DNA of 64,000 nucleotides from positions 9,419 to 73,418 of the forward strand of contig JANOAV010000105.1 of the NCBI GenBank assembly GCA_031411295.1, written 5' to 3'. Position 1 is the stretch's first letter. Every line of letters begins with the position of its first letter. The notes below the pieces were generated by a model. It was not told the origin of the DNA. It made no database searches and saw only the letters and a program-made list of their open reading frames with translations. Both the position numbers and the translations under genes were made by a program. This DNA comes from Verrucomicrobiales bacterium (lineage in GTDB: Bacteria > Verrucomicrobiota > Verrucomicrobiia > Verrucomicrobiales > V1-33). Shown here piece by piece: positions 10,971 to 20,354 of the stretch.

Positions 10971-11051
10971 GCGTTGTAATTTCTCCGTTAGAAAACTTGC
11001 CAATTTCCCGAAACCCTTGTTGAGTGCGGGCAGTCACCATTTATTCGCACC

Positions 11052-12059
11052 ATGCTAACTGAAAACGATCTTTTGCCCTCCCGTCCGTTAATCGCCGCTT
11101 TGCGGAAGACGTTGAATGAAGTGATCTTTGGCAAGCCCGATCTGATTGATTTGGTGCTCGTGGGGTTGTTCGCCCGGGGGCACATGTTGCTGGAGGGCTT
11201 GCCCGGATTGGGGAAGACGGAGTTGGTCAAGGGCCTTAGCAAAACGCTGCAACTGGGGACCCGCCGGATTCAATTTACCCCGGATTTACTGCCAGGGGAC
11301 ATTACCGGAAACCCCATCCTCCAAGAAACCGCTCAGGGACGACAGTTTGTTTTCTCCCCGGGACCGATTTTCACCAACTTGGTGCTGGCAGACGAAATTA
11401 ACCGAGCCTCCCCCAAAACGCAGTCTGCGCTGCTCGAGGCCATGCAGGAACGTCGGGTTACCGTGCTGGGAGAAACTCACATTTTGCCGGATCCTTTCTT
11501 CGTGCTCGCCACGCAAAACCCTATTGAATTAGAAGGCACGTATCCGTTGCCGGAAGCGCAGTTGGACCGCTTCCTATTTAAAGTGGAAGTGCTGCGCAAC
11601 GATGCAACCACGTTGGAGCGCATCGTGAAAGATCGCGAACTGGGCGTGGAGCCCACCGTGGAGGCGGTCTTGAGTCACGACCAACTGGCCGATCTGCATC
11701 GCCTAACAAGACAAATTTTCCTGCCCGATGTGGTGGCAAATTACATTGCCCGGATCGTGGACGCCACGCATCCAGGACAATCGGCCGCCTCGGCTCAGGT
11801 AAAATTTGGCGCCAGCCCCCGGGCGGCCTTGAGTTTGGCGTCTGCCGTCAAAGCCCGCGCCATGATGGAAGGTCGACTGAATGCCAGCTTCGAGGATGTG
11901 GCCGCGCTCGCCTTGCCGGTGCTCAATCACCGGATCATCCTGGACTACGCCGCCAAAATTGCCGGTCGCACCACCGCCCATGTCGTGGCGGATATTTTAA
12001 AGGAAGTGCCCGCCCGGGCTGGCGCACTGCCCAAACCCCTAACTCAAGCCAGCGCGTGA
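11052..12059 (+). CDS. moxR: MoxR-family AAA+ ATPase
   Basis: GLPGLGKT Walker A, RIQFTPDLLPGDITG, LADEINRA, ATQNPIELEGTYPLPEAQLDRF, GASPRA. Confidence 0.95.
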   Translation: MLTENDLLPSRPLIAALRKTLNEVIFGKPDLIDLVLVGLFARGHMLLEGLPGLGKTELVKGLSKTLQLGTRRIQFTPDLLPGDITGNPILQETAQGRQFVFSPGPIFTNLVLADEINRASPKTQSALLEAMQERRVTVLGETHILPDPFFVLATQNPIELEGTYPLPEAQLDRFLFKVEVLRNDATTLERIVKDRELGVEPTVEAVLSHDQLADLHRLTRQIFLPDVVANYIARIVDATHPGQSAASAQVKFGASPRAALSLASAVKARAMMEGRLNASFEDVAALALPVLNHRIILDYAAKIAGRTTAHVVADILKEVPARAGALPKPLTQASA

Positions 12060-13879
12060 GGACCACCCATCGTGCATTCCCCCCGAAGCTGGCTTCGCTG
12101 GTGTTGCTCTGGTGCTGCGGCCTATCCTTGGCGAGCGCTGCCAGTAGCTCGCGCTTTCCGATTGGTGATCCCGCCAAATCCACCTCCTACGTGGAAATGG
12201 AGTCGGTCTTCTCCTCGTGTCCGCCCGCTGGCATGGCGGTGGTGCGAGTCACGGTTCGCAACGACACGGAGTCTGCCCTCAGTTTTAGTCTCAGCGGAAG
12301 TGCCCGGCAGGGAGGTTACCGGGAAACCCACACGACCCAGAGTCAGCATCCCTTTGCGGCCCCATCGGAGCAGACATCCTATCACACGCTTTTGATCCCC
12401 ATGTGCAGTGTGCCCAAGGACAGCGGGGGCGGCTGGTCAGGAGGCGGGCAAGGGCTGTCACTAAAGTTGACAGGCGCAACCAGTGGTAATTTCGGGACCA
12501 ATTCCTTCGATGAGGCCAAGGAAATGGCCGCATTCACCAAATCCCTGACCACGGACCAGATTCAAAAATTCAACTCCGACACGACGTTACCCACGGCTCA
12601 CATTGGTCGGCCGCGCGAGTTTGCGGTGCAGTTCGAGCACACCTTCCTCCCGTCCGACTGGCGGGCGCTGAGCGGATTCGATTACGTTAGCTTCGCGACC
12701 AACGAATGGTTGCAGTTGACTGCAGCGGTCCGGGCCAGCGTGCTCCAGTGGGTGGAACTTGGCGGCACCCTGACACTTTACACCCAGTCCAAGGAAAAGC
12801 TGGACCAACTCCAAATTCGACTCCCTTCTCCGTCGCAGGAAACCTATGGCCTGGGTCGCGTGCGTCTGCTGCCGTGGGACGGACTGATGCTACGCCAGGA
12901 TCATTTGCGGGAAGCGTATCCGGCCAATGGCAAATCCAAAAACGTCCCACCCAAGTCGAACCTGGCCGACGCGCGTGGGCAACGGTTCTGGACGAAATTG
13001 CAGAACCAATTTGGCGAACGGAGTTTTGCCGCGTGGCAGATCGGAATTATTCTGGTGCTCTTTGGCTTGCTGGTGGGGCCGATTAATTTGTTCTATTTTG
13101 CCAAAGCGGGTCAGCGGCATCGCTTGTTTTTCACCACTCCGATCATTTCACTGGGGGCTAGTTTGCTCTTGATCGTGTTCATTCTGTTTCAGGACGGCAC
13201 GGGTGGTTCCGGCGTGCAGACCTCGTTAGTTTACGTGAATCCCAACGCTTCCACCGTCAGTATTCACCAAGAGCAACTCTCCCGCACCGGGGTGCTGTTT
13301 TCTTCCGGCTTCCAAACGGATGAGCCCGCCGTGCTCACGCCGGTCTTGCTCAGTGAGAGTCGCTGGACCCGCCTGAAACCTCCCGGGAATGGCTCCCCGC
13401 AATCGTATAACCAAGCGGATGCCAAATCCTTTGCGGGCGACTGGTTTCAGAGTCGGAGTGAGCAGGCACAGATTGTGGAAATGGTGCGCAGTTCGCGTGG
13501 CCGCATCGAGCTTGCCAGCGCTCCCGACCAGCCTCCGGTCTTGCGATCCAGCTTCGGGTATGCCTTGGAGCAACTCTTTTACGTTGATCAAGACGGTAAG
13601 CTGTGGCGCACGAACGGATCGTTAGCCACGGGTGGAAGCGCCACCCTAGCTGCGGCCACAGAATCAGACTTGGAGGGAGCCTTGGGGGAGTATGGCGTGC
13701 AGCCCCATCTTTTGCTAGCAAATCCCTCCCCTGTGATCCCTCCGTTGCCTAAGCAGCATTTCTTCGCCTTCACCCGGGATGCGAAGGCGGAATTCATCCC
13801 CACCCTAATTTCCATCAAATGGTCCCAGCGGCAGAGTTTCGTCTGGGGTCCCATTGCCACCACCGCACCGCTTCCATGA
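12056..13879 (+). CDS. Conserved hypothetical membrane protein of the MoxR operon
   Basis: GTG start overlaps the moxR stop (GTGA). Signal-like N-terminus and two TM segments (..LLVGPINLF.., ..FTTPIISLGASLLLIVF..). Confidence 0.75.
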   Translation: MRTTHRAFPPKLASLVLLWCCGLSLASAASSSRFPIGDPAKSTSYVEMESVFSSCPPAGMAVVRVTVRNDTESALSFSLSGSARQGGYRETHTTQSQHPFAAPSEQTSYHTLLIPMCSVPKDSGGGWSGGGQGLSLKLTGATSGNFGTNSFDEAKEMAAFTKSLTTDQIQKFNSDTTLPTAHIGRPREFAVQFEHTFLPSDWRALSGFDYVSFATNEWLQLTAAVRASVLQWVELGGTLTLYTQSKEKLDQLQIRLPSPSQETYGLGRVRLLPWDGLMLRQDHLREAYPANGKSKNVPPKSNLADARGQRFWTKLQNQFGERSFAAWQIGIILVLFGLLVGPINLFYFAKAGQRHRLFFTTPIISLGASLLLIVFILFQDGTGGSGVQTSLVYVNPNASTVSIHQEQLSRTGVLFSSGFQTDEPAVLTPVLLSESRWTRLKPPGNGSPQSYNQADAKSFAGDWFQSRSEQAQIVEMVRSSRGRIELASAPDQPPVLRSSFGYALEQLFYVDQDGKLWRTNGSLATGGSATLAAATESDLEGALGEYGVQPHLLLANPSPVIPPLPKQHFFAFTRDAKAEFIPTLISIKWSQRQSFVWGPIATTAPLP

Positions 13880-14847
13880 GTCAGCCCTCTGCCGATCTCG
13901 CCATTCAGGTGGAAAATCTTTACCGCTTCTTCGGTCCGCTGAAGGCCGTCAATGGCATCTCCTTTGAGATTCCCCGCGGCCAAGTCGTCGGCTTCGTGGG
14001 AGCGAATGGAGCCGGGAAGACGACCACCATGCGGATGCTCGCCACCTTGGAATACCCCAGCAGTGGACGTGCTAGTGTGCTGGGGAAAAACGTCGTGCTG
14101 CATCCCGCCGCCGTCCGCCGCAGCATCGGCTGGGTGCCGGATGCCTTCGGCACGTATGATAACATGACCGTGCTGGAATACCTCGATTTCTACGCCCGGG
14201 CGCTGGAATTCCGCGGCTCTGATCGCGTGCAAAGAATTCAGGATGTGATGGATTTCACGGATCTGGGAGTGCTCAGTGATCGCATGATCAACAAACTTTC
14301 CAAAGGGCAAAGTCAGCGTCTGTGCCTGGGGCGCGCTTTGCTGCACGATCCCCAAGTGTTGCTGATGGACGAACCAGCCGCAGGGCTTGATCCCAAAGCG
14401 CGCGTGGAGTTGAAGCAGTTGATCCGCATCCTGGCGCAGGAAGGGAAGACGATCCTCATTTCCAGCCACATCCTCAGCGAGTTAGGGGAAATGTGTGACA
14501 CGCTGTTGTTCGTGGACAAAGGCAAGCTCGTCCACCATGGCACTGCTGCCGCCTTGCAGCGGGGCACTGCGGAAGTGGCCTTCTACGATGTTAAATTAGC
14601 CGACGGTCCGGAGAAACTTTACGAATGGGCCTTGGTCAATCAGCACGTCAAAATTGTCCAGGAGCGCAAAAACGGCGCGCGCTTGGAGATCGATTCGCTC
14701 GACCATGATCTCATCGCCAGCGTCCTGCGTCGTATGATTACCGACGGCCTTCCCGTAATTGAGTTCCGTCGTGAAGAACGAAATCTGGAGGATGCATTCA
14801 TCGACATGCTGGGCACGCTCGACCGCCAAAACAGCTTGGCACCCTAA
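13876..14847 (+). CDS. ABC transporter ATP-binding protein
   Basis: GANGAGKTT, LSKGQ signature variant, LLMDEP, SSH. The ATG at 13876 overlaps the upstream stop (ATGA). Confidence 0.93.
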   Translation: MSQPSADLAIQVENLYRFFGPLKAVNGISFEIPRGQVVGFVGANGAGKTTTMRMLATLEYPSSGRASVLGKNVVLHPAAVRRSIGWVPDAFGTYDNMTVLEYLDFYARALEFRGSDRVQRIQDVMDFTDLGVLSDRMINKLSKGQSQRLCLGRALLHDPQVLLMDEPAAGLDPKARVELKQLIRILAQEGKTILISSHILSELGEMCDTLLFVDKGKLVHHGTAAALQRGTAEVAFYDVKLADGPEKLYEWALVNQHVKIVQERKNGARLEIDSLDHDLIASVLRRMITDGLPVIEFRREERNLEDAFIDMLGTLDRQNSLAP

Positions 14848-15013
14848 AAGACGTGGGATGGCTGTCTCAGTTGCACCAAGCGCCTGCGAGCGAGCACATC
14901 CCAATCGCTTCAGACATCTGCTTGGATGCCTCAATCTCTGCAATTTCACCTACGTTCAGAGGCCTGAATCTCACTTGATTAAGTTGCGCAGAGTGGCTCT
15001 GTTGGTTCATTCC

Positions 15014-15355
15014 ATGTCCACCGAACCCACCTCTGCGCCGACTCCGCCAACCGATCCCAACCCCGCCTTCGAGCGGAGCGATGTTGGCTGCATGATTGGC
15101 TTGGCCCTGATTCTGATCGTGGTGCCGGTGTCACTCTATGTAGCCGCCCCCATGGCGGTGCTGGGGATAGCCGCTGCCGGAGTCGCGTGGGGACTCATGC
15201 GCTGCACCCCCAAATCCCTCCGAGACAAGGTGGGGATCTATAAAGTTTTCTGGTTCTGGTTCGTCATGATGGTGCTCTTGGAAGTGTCGGTGGCGGTGTT
15301 CATCAAGTATGCGGACTCAGATCGCTTTAGAGATACTCCGATTCAGCGGATGTGA
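15014..15355 (+). CDS. Small hypothetical membrane protein (~113 aa)
   Basis: ATG at 15014; Pro-rich N-terminus followed by 2-3 hydrophobic segments. Confidence 0.55.
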   Translation: MSTEPTSAPTPPTDPNPAFERSDVGCMIGLALILIVVPVSLYVAAPMAVLGIAAAGVAWGLMRCTPKSLRDKVGIYKVFWFWFVMMVLLEVSVAVFIKYADSDRFRDTPIQRM

Positions 15356-15399
15356 TTGGGTGCTGGACAGGTGATGATTTCTCCGTTAGTTCTCCCCCC

Positions 15400-16929
15400 A
15401 TGACTGTTGCTGATTCCGCTCCACTCTCGCCCCTCATTCCGCCGCCCTCCGCTCCACCGGGGGCCTCGAAGATGGATTTGCGTGATTTCCCCGATCGCCT
15501 CAGCCCCATGGTAGTCAAGGAACTACGACAAGGCCTGCGTGCGCCCATGTTCGTCTGGGCGTTTATCATTGTTCATCTGGTGTTGGTGATGGTCGTCTTG
15601 GCCGGCCTGGATGACACTTCACGTGGAGGGATGACGATGTTTTTCTGGTGGGCCTTCATCATTCCGGTCGTCTTGCTGATGCCCATGCGGGGGATCAATG
15701 CGTTGACTGACGAGATCAAAATGAAGACCATGGATACGCTGCTGCTGACTCGCTTGTCCGCCCTGCGGATCTGCCTGGGGAAATGGATCGCCATCGTGGC
15801 CCAGTTGTGGCTGGTGGGACTGACCGTGTTGCCGTATCTCATCATGCGGTATTTTTCCGGAGGGTTGGATCTCTGGAATGAGGTTAAATGGTTGTTCCAT
15901 TTCCTCGTCTTGGGCACCTGTTTTGCGGCTGCCACCGTGGGCTTTTCCTGGCAAAAGCATTTTCTCTTTCGCGGCATCACCACTCTGGGGATTGGTTTCC
16001 TCCTGACCGCTTTATGTGCCTTCATCACCAGTGAATTGATTGCCAGCGAGGGCTTCGATGCCGCCAGTTTTAAGCGCACGGAAGGTTCCATCACCATGTT
16101 TTTTTATCTCATGGCGAGTTACCTATCGTTCTACTTCTTGGACTATGCGGCGGCTCAGATTGCGCCACTGGCGGAAAATCGTTCTACGGCCAGACGGATC
16201 ATTACCCTGCTGCTGATGGCGGTGCTGTGCGGACTGGCCTATTGGAAAGAGGACCTTTCCGTGGTTTGCCTGATGGCCTTGCTGGTGATGCTGGCATTGG
16301 CTGGAGGGGATGCGGCCACTGAGCGTTCAAAACAGGTCTCCATTATTGTGCAGCCATTCGTGAAACGCGGATTTCTAGGCAAACTAGCTGGTCGGGTGCT
16401 GTATCCTGGATGGCATTCCGGCTTCGCTTATTTTCACTTGCTGGCGGGTTTGACGATTCTCGGTGCGTTTTGCTTTGCGCACCATCGTGGCTCCCATTTG
16501 CTAGATCGGAGTTTTGTGCTTTTCTGTCTCGTGGCATATGGGCAGGTGGTCCTGGGGCTGGTAATTCAGCGGCGGTTCTTCAGTCAGGCCAAGTCCCCCT
16601 TGGCAGTATTTATCATCATCGAAGGCGGCATTTTTCTGCTCCACATGCTCCTGCTGCTGTTGGCAAATGTTGGCAAGGTGGATGGGATTCACGTCCTGAT
16701 GGTCTGGTCCCCGTATAACGCTTATATCTTGGGCGGGGCCTTTGACTATGGCAGCAGGGACTACTTGGATTCAGGGTGGAGGACCTGGACCGCAGTGCTC
16801 GGCGGGATTTATGCGTGCATCATGTGCTACCTCAGTGCCAAGGAATTCCGCATCACGCGGGCAGTAGAAGCTCAATGCGCCGCTGACTTGGCGGAGGAAG
16901 CCGAAACTAGATCTCCCAGCGCAGCATGA
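15400..16929 (+). CDS. ABC-2-type permease-like polytopic membrane protein
   Basis: SPMVVKELRQ and E..TMDTLLLTRLS..ICLGKW motifs typical of ABC-2 permeases; more than 10 TM segments. Start could be 15352, 15400 or later. Confidence 0.8.
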   Translation: MTVADSAPLSPLIPPPSAPPGASKMDLRDFPDRLSPMVVKELRQGLRAPMFVWAFIIVHLVLVMVVLAGLDDTSRGGMTMFFWWAFIIPVVLLMPMRGINALTDEIKMKTMDTLLLTRLSALRICLGKWIAIVAQLWLVGLTVLPYLIMRYFSGGLDLWNEVKWLFHFLVLGTCFAAATVGFSWQKHFLFRGITTLGIGFLLTALCAFITSELIASEGFDAASFKRTEGSITMFFYLMASYLSFYFLDYAAAQIAPLAENRSTARRIITLLLMAVLCGLAYWKEDLSVVCLMALLVMLALAGGDAATERSKQVSIIVQPFVKRGFLGKLAGRVLYPGWHSGFAYFHLLAGLTILGAFCFAHHRGSHLLDRSFVLFCLVAYGQVVLGLVIQRRFFSQAKSPLAVFIIIEGGIFLLHMLLLLLANVGKVDGIHVLMVWSPYNAYILGGAFDYGSRDYLDSGWRTWTAVLGGIYACIMCYLSAKEFRITRAVEAQCAADLAEEAETRSPSAA

Positions 16930-17825
16930 AATCAAACGTGCTCCAGAATCAGGAAACGCTGCAACAACTGCGCCTGCGGGGCCAGCAGTTGGCGGAACTA
17001 TTCCGGCTTCCGCTGCGCCACCACGTGTGGCGCGGGGGCAGTGGCGAGTTCGCTGGAGCGGGCGCGGGTAGCTCAATGGAATTCCAGGATCATCGCGCTT
17101 ATGCGGCGGGCGATGACCCACGGCACATCAATTGGCAAGCCTATGCCCGCACGGGGCAATACACCATGAAGGTCTTCCGGGAAGAGGTGCGCCCGATGGT
17201 GGATTTGATCTGTGACGTCTCCGCTTCGCAATGGTTCGATGACACTAAAGCGGCCCGCGTGGTGGAGTTGATGCATTTCGCCTCCGCCGCTGCCATCAAA
17301 GCGGGAGCATCTTTGCATACGTATCTCGTCAACGGGGGACAGGGGAAACTGATTGGCAATGAACTCCTCTGGACCAACCGCTGGGTCTCAGAGATTCCGC
17401 AGGCGATTCCTGCCAACGCCAACCCAGAAGCCCCCAATCTAACGAGTATTTCACTCCGGCCGCAGGCGTTGCGCATCCTGCTCTCAGATGCGCTCTATCC
17501 TGGCAGTCCCGAACCCATCCTCCGCGCGCTCAGTGAACGCCAGGGCCGTGGACTCATGTTGGTGCCATTTTGCGAAGCCGAAGCCGGAGTCCAGTGGGAG
17601 GGAAATTATGAATTCGTGGAACCCGAGAGCGAGACGCATCATTTGCGACGCGTCGATTCGCGATTGCTCAAGCGCTATCACGAAGCCTATCAACGGCATT
17701 TCCAACTCTGGAAAACGGAAACCCTGCGCTACGGCGTGCAATTCGCCAGAGTAGCCGCCGAACCCCTGCTGGAACAAGCCCTGCAGCAAGAAGCTCAGGC
17801 CACCGGCGTGGTCGAAATGGCCTAG
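16926..17825 (+). CDS. DUF58 family protein (vWA-like, MoxR partner)
   Basis: EFQDHRAY..GDDPRHINWQAYART..KVFREE and DVSAS MIDAS-like motif; ATGA overlap with the upstream gene. Confidence 0.92.
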   Translation: MKSNVLQNQETLQQLRLRGQQLAELFRLPLRHHVWRGGSGEFAGAGAGSSMEFQDHRAYAAGDDPRHINWQAYARTGQYTMKVFREEVRPMVDLICDVSASQWFDDTKAARVVELMHFASAAAIKAGASLHTYLVNGGQGKLIGNELLWTNRWVSEIPQAIPANANPEAPNLTSISLRPQALRILLSDALYPGSPEPILRALSERQGRGLMLVPFCEAEAGVQWEGNYEFVEPESETHHLRRVDSRLLKRYHEAYQRHFQLWKTETLRYGVQFARVAAEPLLEQALQQEAQATGVVEMA

Positions 17826-17989
17826 CCTTCAGGATCCATCACCGTTGGAGTTCTGGCAACCCAACACCACGTAACGCCGCCATAGTCCAGGGCTTCAGCC
17901 CGTCAATCCCGCCCCGTGAATCAGACGTCTGAATCCACTTGGGACATGCCTGCGGGCAAAAGCCCCCGCCACATTTCCGGCATGATCCT

Positions 17990-18307
17990 GATTGGTAAAA
18001 GATGGGTGGTAAAAGATGAAGCCTTAGAGAGGCTGATCTAATCGGAAGGGCCTACCGCTGACGAGGGGGTTTCGTGACCCCGCCCATTTGCTTTTTCTTG
18101 ATTACAAAACAATTGCCGCAAAAGATCGCAAGGAACGCAAAAACTCGATTGGTATTTGCGCTCTTTGAGTTCTTTTGCGGCAATTGGCTCGAAAAAGAAA
18201 TTATCAGTGAGCTTTCAGCCTCAGATTTAGCTTATCCTGTTTCCCCGCAGGTCAGGATGTCTGAGCCTATCCAACCCAATCTTTTACCAAAAATCTTTCA
18301 CCAAATC
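17990..18307. repeat. Nested inverted-repeat element (MITE-like) between convergent genes
   Basis: Outer arms are built from GGTAAAAGAT units (17990-18018 and 18276-18307). The inner perfect 16-bp IR is CAATTGCCGCAAAAGA / TCTTTTGCGGCAATTG (18110-18186) and extends imperfectly to ~33 bp. Confidence 0.75.
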
Positions 18308-18370
18308 CCAACGAGGAGGAGGTGCGTCATGCTGGGCTGATGCTGCGGCGGTTCAGGAACGTATTGTCGC

Positions 18371-19468
18371 TCAGCTTTCGTCCATCCCCTCGGCTTCGGC
18401 CTCGGTGGCAGACGCATCCCCCTCATAGCGGGGGAATTTTGCCAGCGGCGTCACCACATTGGCCGGCAGTGGGCGCATCTTTTCCTGAATGTTCTTGGCC
18501 AGGAACGCGGACGTAGCATAGGCCTTGGTGAACATTTCCATTTTCGCATCAATGTTATCCACATGATGCAGCAGAATCGCCTCGGGGGTCTTCGGCAGCA
18601 CCGGAGAGCCAAAGGCATACTCGCCATGATGGCTGGCAATGAGGTGTAGCAAGTGCAACCTAACATCCTCATTGGTCGGAATGAATGCCATCCATTCCTC
18701 CAGCGGACTTGCGTCCAGCAGCTTCCGCCAGAGCTTGTTCACCAACTCAATTCCCAGAGTGATGTGGCCCAGCATTTCCCCATGCTCACTGAAGGGCATG
18801 TTGAACCCATCGGCGGGATAACTGTTTTCCCACAGCTTCCCCACATCGTGAAATAGCACGCCCGTTAGCAGCAGATCACGATTCGCCTCCGTATAAACAC
18901 TGCACAGCGCGGCAGCGGAACGCATCATCATACTTACGTGCTCCACCAAGCCTCCGCGTCGGGCATGATGATAGTCACGTGCGGCCGCCGTGCGCAGGAA
19001 CCGATCCCCGAAATCGGCAATAAACAACTCCGCCAAGCCTCGGAGGCGGGGATCGTGAATGCTGGCAATCAAATCCAAAATGTGGGCATAATCCACCGCC
19101 TGCTTTTCCCGCAGCGCCGGCGGCCCCTGCAGCAGCGTATCCTTTTCCTCCGTCGTGAGGGCGCGCAGCGACCAGTTCCGCGGCTCCAGACCATACGTGC
19201 CCAGCGTCCACTCCCCGGTCACGGCAATGAACGTTTGCGGCTTGAGCGGCTGGGCGATCGCAAACTGTGGCGCATCCCCCCAGATCCGCAGTGTGAAATG
19301 ATCCTGCCCATCCGCCAGTTTCAATTCCAGAAAGGGATTCCCGCTCTTGGTCGGTTTCGTCTGAATGGATTCCAACTGAGCCCGCACCATCCCTTGACAG
19401 GTGGCGGTGGCGCTCGCCTGCTTGAGGCTGGCAATTGTAAAGACTTCGGCTAGTTCTGGGGTATCCAT
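18371..19468 (-). CDS. yhaM: YhaM/CBF1-family 3'-5' exoribonuclease (OB fold + HD domain)
   Basis: OB-fold N-terminus (TKSGNPFLELKLAD), AARDYHHA..GGLVEH, LFHDVGK, GHITLG, ASHHG, DNIDAK. Confidence 0.85.
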   Translation of the reverse strand: MDTPELAEVFTIASLKQASATATCQGMVRAQLESIQTKPTKSGNPFLELKLADGQDHFTLRIWGDAPQFAIAQPLKPQTFIAVTGEWTLGTYGLEPRNWSLRALTTEEKDTLLQGPPALREKQAVDYAHILDLIASIHDPRLRGLAELFIADFGDRFLRTAAARDYHHARRGGLVEHVSMMMRSAAALCSVYTEANRDLLLTGVLFHDVGKLWENSYPADGFNMPFSEHGEMLGHITLGIELVNKLWRKLLDASPLEEWMAFIPTNEDVRLHLLHLIASHHGEYAFGSPVLPKTPEAILLHHVDNIDAKMEMFTKAYATSAFLAKNIQEKMRPLPANVVTPLAKFPRYEGDASATEAEAEGMDES

Positions 19469-19608
19469 GTCCCGACTTCAGCGAGAAATCACCCCCAGAG
19501 CAAATGTAATTTGAAAAATCCTCGGATTTTTAGTTTCGCTGAGGAAAAAAATCGGTTTCTTGCGCCTCCGAAATCCCCTGCTTTCCAACCTAACTATTCA
19601 GAAACTGT

Positions 19609-20202
19609 ATGATCCGAGACATCGTAATCTTTGGTGACCCCGTCCTGCGGGAGAAGTGCGCCTTGGTGTCGGAAGTAACCGATGCCATCCGCGCCCTGGC
19701 CGTGGATCTGGTGGACACCATGCATGCGGCCGAGGGTGTGGGATTGGCCGCCCCGCAAGTCGGCGTGGCCGTGCAATTGGCCGTAGTGGATGTGCGGGAA
19801 GCCAAGGATCCTCTAACCTACCTGCGCGTGAATGGCGTGGACAAGACCATGGAGGAAATGAACCCCCTCATTTTCACCAACCCCAAGCTCGAGTTCCCCA
19901 CGCGCCCCAAAGACTCCATGAACGAAGGTTGCCTCAGTTTTCCCGAACTCCGTGCCCCGGTCACCCGACCCGAAGAAGTCCGCGCCACCGTCACCCTGCT
20001 GGACGGCACCACCATCCTCATCGAAACCGACGGCCTCTTCGGCCGCGCCATCCAACACGAGACCGACCACCTCAACGGCATCCTCTTCATCGATCGCACC
20101 ACCCCCGCCGCCAAACTTTCCCTCAAAAAGAAAATTCGCATCATGCAGGAAGAATGGGGCGAAGCCTGGACCCCAACCCCAGGCCAGAATCCCGAGGATT
20201 AA
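19609..20202 (+). CDS. def: Peptide deformylase
   Basis: GVGLAAPQVG, EGCLS, QHETDHLNGILF. Confidence 0.97.
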   Translation: MIRDIVIFGDPVLREKCALVSEVTDAIRALAVDLVDTMHAAEGVGLAAPQVGVAVQLAVVDVREAKDPLTYLRVNGVDKTMEEMNPLIFTNPKLEFPTRPKDSMNEGCLSFPELRAPVTRPEEVRATVTLLDGTTILIETDGLFGRAIQHETDHLNGILFIDRTTPAAKLSLKKKIRIMQEEWGEAWTPTPGQNPED

Positions 20203-20354
20203 ACGGAACGGCAGTTCCATCCCGCGGCCCCAGCAGTAATCCCGGAAATTACGGTAGTTCACGTCAATGCTTTCGCTAATAATATAGCAGATGATTAAAG
20301 CTGCCGATTATTCCTACGCAATCCAAGGAGGCGAAATTTGATCTCAAAGTATTT

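Noticed and set aside
18074..18340. 88-aa ORF within the nested inverted repeats
   Set aside because: Its sequence is a translation of the palindromic arms, with no protein-like signal.
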